A stretch of DNA of 64,000 nt from Octopus vulgaris. Taxonomy: Eukaryota. The DNA lies in assembly GCA_951406725.2 (NCBI GenBank), contig OX597837.1:9982001-10046000 (forward strand), read 5' to 3'. Below the pieces are notes generated by a model. It searched no databases, was not told where the DNA came from, and saw only the letters and a program-made list of their open reading frames with translations. This document shows, piece by piece, positions 52,623 through 64,000 of the stretch (its first letter is position 1; each line of letters opens with the position of its first letter). The position numbers and the translations under genes were made by a program.

Positions 52623-52919
52623 TGAGTGCGTGTGTGTGTGTGTGAGTGAGTGCGTGTATGTGTGTGAGTGAGTGCGTGTATGTGTGTGTGTGCGTGTGTA
52701 CAGCCGGACTTCTATATAGTTTCCGTTCACCCAAGTTCACCGGGAAAGCTTTAGTCGTCCTGGGTGGGGTGGGGTGGGGTGGATATAAAGAAACATTAGT
52801 CCAACTTGACACGGTGTCGGATTGAACCTGAGACCTCAAAGCTGCAAAGCGAATTTTTTAAACAATTCAAGTACATCTGCTTGATTTGTTTACTGGTACC
52901 TTGCACAGCACTTCATCAA

Positions 52920-52959
<40 letters not shown>

Positions 52960-53861
52960 TGTTTTAAATCCAGGTTTTGTCATAGCAACCGAGGTAGCCA
53001 GGTGCAGCCCACCCCAACCTTTGGGTTGGTTGGTGCTCCTTCTCTTTTGCTATCATGAGGCTTTTTTGGAGCTGAATTTTCTCCGGAGTGGGGGGTATGC
53101 CCTTGCTTACCCCCAACTTCAGTTTCTAGACATGAGTGGTCCCTAGACCAAAGTGGGGGAGGGGGCTTGCCCTTCTTTACTCTCAACCTCAGTTTCTCGA
53201 CACGAGTGGTCCCGTGACCAAGGCCTCCACCACGATTTTTAAGAAATGTGGAAAACTAGCTTGGGAAGGCAGGGACACTACTTCTGAGACCCCTATACTT
53301 CAGAGCCCTCCCCTACATATACAAGAAATGTGGTGGAAAACTAGCTCAGCAAAGCAGGGACCCTACTCCCTGAGACCCCTTTCGGAGCCCCCTACCACAG
53401 TAATAATAAATTTGTATCATTTATACTAATGAACAGATACCTGTATTTTATTTCGATTATTGAAGTAAATTTCATATTTGCTTAATTTAGAGGTGACCAC
53501 CTCTACTTCGGAAGAAATCATTAATCCCCGGAAAAGTGCTGAAGCCAAAAGTTCTGCAAAAATCGATGTTTTACCTGTGCGTGATTTGTGGTTATAGCGT
53601 ATGACGAAACATCAGATGAAAGGATTCCTGCTCGACAGCAGACGGTCACGTGTAGTTACGACATTATAGCGACAGTGACATGAACGACAAGAATAGAATA
53701 TCTCAGACGACCAAAAACCAGTATGTTAGCTATCATCATCATCATCATCATCATCGACGTCGTCGTCGTTTTATGCCTGTTCTTCAGCGCTTGCGTGAGT
53801 CCAGTGGAATTCGTTGAAGCAGATTTTTTTTTGCTACACCTGGATGCCCTTCCTGCATACT

Positions 53862-54094
53862 ACTCGTTTACTTGTTTCAGTCATTTGACTGCGGCCATGC
53901 TGGAGCACCGCCTTTTTAGTCGAGCAAATCGACCCCAGGATTTATTCTTTGTAAGCCTAGTACTTATTCTATCGATCTCTTTTGCCGAACCGCTAAGAAA
54001 CGGGGATGTAAACACACCAGCATCGGTTGTCAAGCGATGTTGGTGGTGGGGGGCGGAAGCACAGACACAAAAACACACACACACATATACATAC

Positions 54095-54129
<35 letters not shown>

Positions 54130-54281
54130 CGACGGGCTTCTTTCAGTTTCTGTCTACCAAATCAACTCACAAGGCTTTGGTCGGCCCGAGGCTATAGTAG
54201 AAGACACTTGCCCAAGGTGCCACGCAGTGGGACTGAATCCGGAACCGTGTGGTTGGTAAGCAAGCTACTTACCACACAGCC
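53862..54281 (-). mobile_element. SINE family 1, full length
   Basis: Head, body and tail motifs. Confidence 0.9.
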
Positions 54282-54299
54282 AAGATACATAATTAAAAA

Positions 54300-54530
54300 T
54301 ATTGCTGGGGAAATATTGTTACGGCTAATGTGCCAGACATAGTAATCTGGGACTTAGTAAAAAAAAATCAGTAAATGAAAAATAATGGCCAGCAGATGTT
54401 AACATCATTTTAAAGATGAAAGGAGAAAAATCCTCTATCGGGAATTAATGAGAAATCCTCAGCTACTCTACCTGGAATATCGTTTAAGATTTATACCAGT
54501 AATTATTGAGGCATATGGATATGAAACTGA
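54300..54530 (+). mobile_element. Decayed restriction-like endonuclease (RLE) domain of an R2/R4/NeSL-type non-LTR retrotransposon
   Basis: Manual translation across frameshifts gives PDIVIWD (54333-54353), PADVNI, YRELMRN.QLLY and FIPVII.A.GY, in the order expected for RPD...P..xN...K..Y...IPVIIGALG. Confidence 0.55.
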
Positions 54531-55134
54531 TCGGCTCAGTATTTATTATTCTACAGCTGTTGGCCTTCACAGAGTAAGAAAGGACACGGTTAATTAAGAA
54601 ATTGTAATTAAAAGCCATTAATGAGACTAAGTGAAACATGCAAAACATGCCAGCTATTTATGGTGTAATATGTATGCACGTGTGTATGTGTGTGTGTGCA
54701 TGTGTGTGTATTTGTGTGTGTGTATGTGTGTGTGCATGTGTATGTGTGTGTGCATGTGTGTGTGTGTGCACGTGTAAGAATACACAGATGTGTATGCGTA
54801 TGCATATATAACTAAAAGTTACAGATTCGCACACGCGGTGATATGCATGACTGCACATGCATTCATGCGTGTATTGTTATAAACAAAGACGCGCATGCGC
54901 ATTTATATGCATGCATGCTCGTGTTTCAGTCATTTGGCTGTGGCCATGCTGGAGCAACGCCTTTAGTCGAGCAAATCGACACCCCCAGGTCTTATTCTTT
55001 GTAAGCCTAGTAGCTATTCTATCGGTTCTCTTTTTGCCGAACCGCTAAGTTACGGGAACGTAAACACATCAGCATCGGTTGTCAAGCGATGTTGGGGCGA
55101 CAAACACAGACACACAAACATATGCACACACATA

Positions 55135-55296
55135 GATAGATAGACAGACAGACATACAGGTAGATAGATAGATGGATGGATGGATTGATGGGTGGATGGA
55201 GGGATATGTAGATAGACAGACAGATAGATAGATAGACAGATAGATAGACAGACAGACAGATGGATGGATGGATTGATGGGTGGATGGATGGATATG

Positions 55297-55331
<35 letters not shown>

Positions 55332-56221
55332 GTAGATGGATGGATGGATAGGTAGATGGATGGATGGATGGATAGATAGATAGATAGTTAGATAGATACA
55401 TAGATAGATAGACAGAGAGATAGACAGACAGGTAGATGGATGGATGGATTGATGGGTGGATGGATGGATATGTAGATAGACAGACAGACAGATAGATAGA
55501 CAGACAGATAGACAGACAGACAGGTAGATGGATGGATGGATAGGTAGATGGATGGATGGATAGATAGATAGATAGATAGGTAGACAGACAGATAGATAGA
55601 TAGCTTCGGAGCTAGATATACAGACAGACGGGTCGACAAAGATAAGATAACACATGAAGACAGTACAAACACAGTAGTATCCAGCTAGTAAGATCGTAGT
55701 AGAATTGAGTTCAATGCAGTACTGTATCGTTATTTCAATCGTACACCACTATCTTAATGTAGAGTAAGACGGAGGGAGTCTAAAAAAATCTATAACCGTC
55801 TATTTATAAATAGTAACAGCCAAATAGAGATGTCGTGATATAATTATAGACTGGTGGAGTTCTACTATAGCTAGCGTCTAACGGGAGATAACATAGAAAG
55901 AGATAGAGAGATGGGTAGGTAGGTAGGTAGGTAGGTAGGTAGGTAGGTAGGTAGGTAGGTAGTGAGAGAGAGAGAGAGTGGCGGAGATAGACAGACAGAG
56001 AGAAAGAAAGAAAGAAAGAAAAAAGATAGATAGATAGATAAACAGACTGACGGGCAGACAGACAGTTAGATAGACAGACAGACAGAAAGAGAGAGAGAGT
56101 GACAGACAGAAAGAATGATGCATGGATGGCCGGATGGATGAAGAGAGAGAGAGAGAGAGAGAGAGACGGAGACAGACAGACAGACAGAGCGAAAGAATGA
56201 TAAACAGACGGACAGACAGAC

Positions 56222-56269
<48 letters not shown>

Positions 56270-56292
56270 TTAAATAGAAATAGATAGACAGT

Positions 56293-56352
<60 letters not shown>

Positions 56353-56430
56353 CACAGACGGACGGACGGGCAAAGAAGCAGGCAGACAGACGGATTTTGG
56401 GTGGGTTGATAGGTGAGTGGATGGATGGAT
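55135..56430. repeat. Compound (GATA/GACA/GGAT/AGGT/GA)n microsatellites
   Basis: Visible simple repeats. Confidence 0.9.
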
Positions 56431-56734
56431 GGAAAATCAGTTCACACAATTTATGTATAATTTATACAAAGCCAAACAATATAGATAGACAAACGGACAA
56501 GTAATTATGTATATTTGATGCATCCGCTGCTGAAGACGGCGTCTTGTTTTCACCCTTTGGTATCTATTTACGGCTCCGACGAAGGGAGATCTGTCAATTA
56601 ATTAATTAACTAGGATCACCAGAGCTATAACCGAACGCTGTTGATTGACTGCCAACCTGGCTTTAATTAGCGTTGGTCAACAGGTGGGAACCACAGTGAC
56701 CTTTACAGTATTCAGCTGTGTGTGTAAACTGCCA

Positions 56735-57180
56735 AAATAATTGACCCTTTAGGATACGACGAAGTGAGGAGGCGGATATCATTATACGTAAACTGAACGA
56801 AATGCAGGTGTGGCTGTGTGATTAAGAACGATGTGGTCGTGATTAAGAACCATGTGGTCGTGGGTTCACACCCGTTGCCTGGCACCTTGGACATGTGTCT
56901 GCTATTTATTTATAGCTTCGAGCCGACCAAAGTCTTGAGAGTGGATTTGGTAGACAGAAACTGAAAGAAGCGAAGAAGCCCATTACATATATATATCCAC
57001 TCTCAATGCTTTGGTCGGTCCGAAGCTATAAATAGCAGACACATGTCGAAGGTGTCAGGCAACGGGTGTGAACCCACGATCACATGGTTCTTAATCACCC
57101 GGCCACACCTGCATTTCGTTCAGTTTACGTATAATGACATCTGCTCCTTACTTCGTCGTATCATAAAGGGTCAATTATTT
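56735..57180. repeat. Local inverted duplication (arms 56735-56946 / 56995-57180) containing a SINE family 1 head and its unique flank
   Basis: The arms are reverse complements over ~190 bp, including non-SINE sequence. Confidence 0.9.
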
Positions 57181-57189
57181 ATATATATA

Positions 57190-57571
57190 CTCTTTACTCT
57201 TTATTTGTTTCAGTCATTTGACTGCGGCCATGCTGGGGCACCTCTTTCAGTAGGGCAAACCGATCCTAGGACTTATAATTTGTAAGCCTAGTACTTATTC
57301 CATCGGTCTATTTTGCCGAACCGCTAAGTTACAGGGACGTGAACACACCAGCATCGGTTGTCAAGCGATGCTGTGGGGACAAACATATACACACATATAT
57401 ACATATACGACAGGCTTCTTCCAGTTTCCGTCTACCAGATCGACTCACAAGGTTTTGGTCGGCCCGAAACTTTAGTAGAAGACACTTGCCCAAGGTGTCA
57501 TGCAGCGGGAATGAACCCGGAACCATGTGGCTGGTAAACAAGCTACTTACCACACAGCCACTCCTACGCCT
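57190..57571 (-). mobile_element. SINE family 1, full length
   Basis: Head, body and tail motifs. Confidence 0.9.
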
Positions 57572-57577
57572 ATATAC

Positions 57578-57671
<94 letters not shown>

Positions 57672-57788
57672 ATGTGTTTTACTACAATAATCCCTATCTA
57701 ATCGTCAAGACGTTACATGATAGGGATTAACCAGTGGAATTTTGGGGATTATATAATCACTAATGTGGATGTAACATCCTGGAATTTA

Positions 57789-57824
<36 letters not shown>

Positions 57825-58286
57825 ACGTGCTTGTGTCAAGCACCGATTGATAACTAGAGTTGGTAAGTTAACGCCCCTGTAGATTAACGGGGTTCGGAAT
57901 AAGATATCGATAGCGTAAATGCCAGACATTACAAAACAAGAATTAGTTCATGGTGGTGCCCCAGCATGACCGCATTTCAAGAACTACAACAAGTAAAAGA
58001 TAAAATATAATACAAAAAAATAATAACGCCGTCTATTCAGTAGCTCCAGACTCCAGGGAAGCTGTGTCTCCTCGGAAAATCTCTGTGGTTGGTGGTACCG
58101 GATTGTTGGCTCTTTCAGTGGCGCCAAGTTCTAATCATCGAAAGTGATCCACATTTTGTAATTGTGCATTTGTCACGCGAGGTCAATAAAAGAAGCGAAA
58201 CAGTCATTATTAAAAACCTGGTATACGACTGAGGCTGTATTTAATTAAAACTTTTACTCTGTCGATAGACCAGTTGCTGCAGTGTT

Positions 58287-58736
58287 ATTTTTAGATATGA
58301 ACTTGCTTTTGTTAAAAAAAAAACATAATAGCTATCAAAAAGAGACGGAAATGCGTCCCAGTAGGGGCCAAGGAATCCTTTCTTCGCGTTTTCTTATATC
58401 AGAGACAACGAATTCTCGTTCCAGCATGTGGGTGACTGTGAATACACGTCATTGACGAAGCGCAAAAAGACCGAAATGTTTCTGACGGTCTCGACTCCCG
58501 CTGCTGGCATAATTTTTAGATATGGATGCTATTGTTAAAAAACACAATAGCTGCCAAAAAGAGACGGAAATGCGTCCCAGCAGAGGCCAAGGAATCCTTT
58601 CTTCGCGTTTTCTTATATCAGAGACAACGAATTCTCGTTCCGACATGTGAGTGGCTATGAATACACGTCATTGACGGAGCTCAAAAACACCGAAATGCTT
58701 CTGACGGTTTCGATTCCCGCTGCTGGCATAATTTTT
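58287..58736. repeat. Direct tandem duplication of ~220 bp of complex sequence
   Basis: aaaaagagacggaaatgcgtcccag...cccgctgctggcataattttt occurs twice. Confidence 0.9.
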
Positions 58737-58979
58737 CGACCCTCTCAGATATTTATTGTGCTCGTAGCACAGCAAATCCATTAGCGATGTTATCTCGGGT
58801 CAAATACTGCAGTAAACTGGCCTATCTAAGTTTACGAAAGTGTCATGGCGAGAATTGGATTTTGATGTTTCATTGTTGTGTTTAGCCAGAGAGACAGACA
58901 GACAGAGTAAGAATGATGGAAAGAGGAAGGGAAGGAGAGAGAAAGAAAGAAAGAATGAGACAAAAATACTCAACTTGTA

Positions 58980-59660
58980 AAATATCTTTGCTTCTCTCTC
59001 ACTTACTTTCTCTCTCATTCGTTCCCATTTTCTTTCTCTCTTTCTCTCTCACTTGCTCTCTTTCCCCCTTCTTCAGTCCTCTCTCATTTCTCTCTCACTC
59101 TCTCTCTCTTTCTTTCTCTCTCTCTCTAGATATCTCGGCCTCTTTCTCTCTCGTTCTCTCTTTTTCTCACGTTCCCTTTCTGTCTCTCTCTCCTTCGCTC
59201 CCTTTCACTGTCTCTTGTTCTCTCTCACCCCCACACTCTCTCTCCACCTTTCTCTGTCTCTGCCTCTCTCTCCTGCTCTCTCTCTCTCTCACTCTTCCTT
59301 ATACCAATTCTCTTTTTCTCTCTCATTTTCCACTTTCTCTCTCTCCCCCTTCTCTCTCTTTTTTTCTCTTTCTCTCTCTCTCTAGATATCTAAGTCTTTC
59401 TCTCTCGTTCTCTCTTTTTCTTACGTTCCCTTTCTTTCTCTCTCTCTCTCCTTCTCTCCCTTTCACTGTCTCTTGCTCTCTCTCATCCACACTCTCTCTC
59501 TCTCTCCACCTTTCTCTCTCTCTGCCTCTGCCTCTCTCTCCTTCTCTCTCTCTCTCTCTCTCTCTCTTTCTTCCTTGTTCCATTTCTCTGTTTCTCCTTC
59601 ATTTTTCTCTCTCATTTTCCACTTTCTCTCTCTCCTCTTCCCCTCTCTTTCTCTCTCTTT
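58980..59660. repeat. Polypyrimidine (CT-rich) tract with internal duplication
   Basis: ctctctagatatc...cctttcactgtctcttg...ctctccaccttt occurs twice. Confidence 0.85.
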
Positions 59661-60020
59661 CAGATAGTAACATCCGATAACCCTAAAACACCAATTCCTT
59701 TGACCCCTAGCTCCTGCAATTACAACATACAAAACGTTGTCTAAAATCTAATTCTTCGCCTTCAGAGCTTTTAGCTGCCACAGACCATCCACTACAGGTC
59801 ATCCAAACTCACAAACGCCATCGATTGCAACGGTCAACGTATCTTTCTTGTCTTTAATGACCTTTGATTGGCCAGAAAATTACGTATGCCGGTGCCAGGA
59901 ATATGAATAACTCATTGAATCTTAACTGCGACGGCTTACGTATTTTGATCTCTTGCAATAAGAACATACGCAATCTTATATATCACCATACATACATACA
60001 TACATACATACATACATACA

Positions 60021-60056
<36 letters not shown>

Positions 60057-60134
60057 TTTATACATATATATATATCTATGTGTGTGTGTTTGTGTATACA
60101 TATATATATATACATACGTACGTACATACATACA

Positions 60135-60168
<34 letters not shown>

Positions 60169-60219
60169 CATATATATTTATACATATATATATCTTGTGT
60201 GTGTGTGTGTGTGTGTGTG

Positions 60220-60263
<44 letters not shown>

Positions 60264-61899
60264 TAACTCTAAGACTCTAAGTAGAAGACACTTGCCAAAG
60301 GTACCACGCGATGAGATTGAACCTGGCATCATATTGTTGGCAAGCAAATCACACAGCCACGCCTGTTTGATTTATTTACTTATTCATTTGTTGCACTCAT
60401 TGAACTGCTGGTCACGCTGAAGCGCCAACGCGTTAGTGTAGTGGAAAGGCGTTGCACGAATTTGCATGTCCTCCTTGAGTTTAGTGAATTGCATTTCCTC
60501 ACGTTTTCATAACACGTATAACATGAATATACCGCGTGATAATCTACGAAATAAAAAAAACAAACGAAAATAACACCATAAGAAAAAATAAAAAAAAACG
60601 CAATTAGTTATTGTGTTGTTAAGATATAGAATTTCCATCTTTCTAGCTTTGAATCAACCATTCACTGCATTCATGCAAATGGCTCTTATGTTTTCGATAC
60701 TAAATCAGTTTTGATCAATCAGGAAGTATCTTTTTTTTTGTTTGTTTGTTTGTATGTTCTTTTTTACTCATATCACAATGATGAAATATGTTGTAGTCGT
60801 AAACATATATAGAAATATCTATTCTTGTATATCATGGGTTCTCGACGATTTTTTAAATTTTATCTACGGATCCTTTTAATTATTATTTTATTCAGGTGCA
60901 CCTCCATAGCCATTCGATGTTTAAAGACTTGTTTTATAGAAACGTCTTTCAAAATTCCTATTTGGTTTTTCATACATTCAGTTGCGTACGTAGAACTATG
61001 TAAAATGTTAGAGAAAGATACCTAGGTGTTTCTTGCAATACGTACATCTAAAGCAGGTTCTCAATCTCTTTTTTTTTATCTTTGAACCCTTTTAATTACT
61101 ATTTTATTCAGGTGGACCCCGATAGCCATTTGAGGTTTAAAGACTAGTTTTATAGAAACTTCTTCAAAATTACTATTTTGATTTCCGAGAAAGAAATCTA
61201 GCTGTTTCTTGCAATACATACTTTTATATTCTTCTATACGTAGGATATACAGATTTCATGAACGGAGTGTCAATGACTCTCGCAACAACATCTCCCCCTT
61301 TGAGATTTACCTCCCAGGGAAATTTAATATTTCTTTCGTTTAGGCACTACTTCCAACCATTCTGTTTGTTTCCTCTTTCTTGTGCTGCTACGCCTAGGTT
61401 CGACTCCCTGTGGCGTTGGAACGTCAACGATGTCGTAGAGCACTTCCATGGGTATCTCTTTTCTTTTTCCCGTATATCTATTTTTTTAGCTAGTTTAAAT
61501 GTCTTTTGTATTCCCAGTTTTTCGCCTCTTATCAAATATGTCGTTTTGCCTGTTCGTTTTGTAAGTACTCCGCCTTCCCAATCATGTCATCCTTGTCGTC
61601 TCTTTTATATTTTTCTATATGTTGGGTATACAGATATCACGAAGTGACGATAGACACAACTGTCTTCACACGACGTACTTCAAATTTCTCCACTAAACAC
61701 GATTCTACAATAAATACAAACTCTCAACGATATCAACGACTTCTGTCATCTCAACCAATTTGCTATTCTTTATAAGAGTTCGGCTAGTCCATTCTTAAAA
61801 TAATTGACTACAGCTGTTTCGGTAACATTTTATTGATGCATTTATAGATCACATCACAATGACTCTCACCACAACACATACCAATACATACATCTAAAG

Positions 61900-62200
61900 C
61901 AGGGTTTCTCAACTATTTTTTATCTATGGACCCATTTAATTACTGTTTTATTTAAGTGGCCCCACATTATCACTAGATGTTTAAAAACCAGTTTTATAGA
62001 AACTTCTTTCTAAATTACTATTTCGTTTTTCGAGGAAAAACTCTAGTTATTTCTTGCATTACATACCAATGCGTAAATCTAAGGAAAAAATTTTTCAGAG
62101 GCCCTTAAAATACTATTATGGATCCCAAATTTACTAATTTGTAGTGTGGCCCACACAAAAAATCTTATATGGATTCTTAGGGCCCGGTTGAAAACCACTG
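61900..62200. mobile_element. hAT(Charlie)-like MITE, with partial copies at ~60880-61230
   Basis: Termini cagggtttctcaac ... gttgaaaaccactg; no clear TSD. Confidence 0.55.
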
Positions 62201-63284
62201 TTGCATATCTAGGGTTTCATAAAATAATGTGTACTTCCTCATCGTAGGACGGATGTGTGCGATGTACAAAGAGATTTACTTGCTATTTTTAGCAGGCCTG
62301 GTGAACATGTAGATAAACTACTCTCCGCAAACACCGTACAATTCGCTGCGTTTGCCATTGTAAGATTGTCGCATAGTTCCTAGAGTTGTTGTGCTAACAT
62401 ACGCGCGTGTGTATGTGCGTGTATGTTTATGTATGTATGCATACACACACACATACATGCACACACGCACAACACACACACATACACATTCATACACACA
62501 TATGCCCACACACATATTCTCTTATTCATTTACATGGTACATCTTACAGCGGCCATGCTGGAGCACCACCTAGAAGGAGTTTTTATTCGAACAAATCGAC
62601 CCCAGGACTTATTCTTTGTAAGCCTAGTACTTATTCTATCTATAGGTGGCTGAAGATTGCTCGACATTTTAAAACTGATGTAATACTTACAGTGTTTAAT
62701 AAAATGAAGTAGCATGAAACGATCGTACCACATTACCTCGGATATACTTGCTTATTTTGATTGGAATCACCCCATGGATTTATATGGATAATACCATACA
62801 AAATTCTGGTGCCTTTGACTTAAGTACCATATTCATCTGAATCTCTCTCTATATATATATACAACAGGCTTCATTCAGTTTCCGTCTATCACATTCACTC
62901 ACAAGAATTTGGTCGGCCCTAAGCCATAGTAGAAAACACTTGCCCAGGGTACCTCACAGTGGGACTGAACCCGGAACTATGTGATTGAGAAGCAAGCTTC
63001 TTACCACACAGTCACGCCTATATATATATATGGTTTATCTTTAACCATTCGACCATGATTATTCTACTCATATTCCACCAGATTTGCGTTAAATTACGCA
63101 CCTGATCCGTGTGAGAAATTTATTATCTTTCATCCGCTGAACTTGGCGGTAATTTGAGATAAGCTCTGGCTTCGTGCGTTTAATTATCCTTAATTAGTAA
63201 AACCTGACTGAATTAATTGCTCAGGGATAAGATATCTTGAGCAGGGGTAAGAAATAATTAGCTCTAACATGGAAAAAATTAGTC

Positions 63285-63600
63285 TCTTTTACTCTCTTAC
63301 TTATTTCAGTCATTTGACTACGGCCGTGCTGGAGCACTGCCTTTAGTCGAACACATTATTTTATGAAACCCTAGATATGCAACGGTGGTTTTTAACCGGG
63401 GTTCATATAGGCCCTAAGAATCCATATAAGATTTTTTGTGGGGTCCATACTACAAATGAGTAAATTGGGGATCCATAATAGGATTTATTCTTTGTAAGCC
63501 TAGTACTTCTTCTACCGGGCCTTTTGTTGAACCGCTAAGTTACGGAGACGGAAGCTCACCAACATCAGCTGTTAAGCGATGGTGGGGGGATTAACACACA
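63285..63600 (-). mobile_element. SINE family 1 3' half, interrupted by an inverted copy of ~62114-62232
   Basis: SINE tail motifs on both sides of 63351-63480. Confidence 0.75.
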
Positions 63601-63738
63601 CACGCACACACACATACATACATACATACATACACACACATATAGTGAAGGCGCATGGCTTAGGGGTTAGAGCGTAGAGCTTACGATCGTGAGGTTGCGA
63701 GTTCGATTCCCGGACCGGGCTGTGTCCTGTGTTCTTGG

Positions 63739-64000
63739 GTGGAGGTACATGGCCTAGTGGTTAGAGCAGCGGACTCGCGGTCGAGGGATCGCGGGTTCGA
63801 ATCTCAGACCGGGCGATGTGTGTGTTTATGAGCGAAACACCTAAGCTCCACTCGGCTCCGGCAAAAAGGTAATGGCGAAACTTCCGCTGACTCTTTCGCC
63901 ACAACTTTCTCTCACTCTTTCCTCCTGCATCTTGCAGCTCACCTGCGACGGACTGGCGTCCCATCCAGGTGGGGAACCTATACGCCAAGGAAACCGGGAA
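63739..64000 (+). mobile_element. tRNA(Arg-like) SINE family 3 head with a third type of 3' region; preceded by another tRNA-like head at 63645-63738
   Basis: tggcctagtggttagagcagcggactcgcggtcg...gggttcgaatctc; continues as cctgcgacggactggcgtcccatccagg. Confidence 0.8.

Noticed and set aside
52025-52645. 206-aa Asp-rich ORF (CGEGDEDDD repeats) and the antisense His-rich ORF
   Set aside because: It is a higher-order (GAT/GAC)n minisatellite open in several frames, inside a presumed intron.
63739-63815. Functional tRNA-Arg(TCG) gene
   Set aside because: The acceptor stem does not pair and the sequence continues into a SINE body seen elsewhere in the window.

Overview
Repeat-saturated animal genomic DNA, most likely from an octopus (coleoid cephalopod). 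That assignment is inferred from the dense (TA)n/(CA)n/(GATA)n microsatellites and tRNA-derived SINE families, not from a database match. Almost all ORFs in the track are microsatellite artefacts. One real coding exon is evident: 36797-39435 (+), with a good acceptor, a Kozak ATG at 36834 and a CAAG|gtaagt donor. It encodes about 830 aa of homopolymer-rich sequence followed by the conserved start of an OATP/SLCO (SLCO4-like) organic anion transporter. I could not find the next exon, so 39436-64000 is probably all intron. The rest of the window is mobile DNA: about four tRNA-derived SINE families (one with its likely partner LINE 3' end in the window), Tc1/mariner relics, Merlin-like MITEs carrying telomere-type repeats, piggyBac- and hAT-like MITEs, and an RLE-type retrotransposon relic. 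The most unusual signal is a set of short microsatellite-flanked elements carrying a minimal hammerhead-ribozyme-like fold with non-canonical cores and covarying stems, probably Penelope-like derivatives. There are also several long near-perfect hairpins and local inverted duplications.
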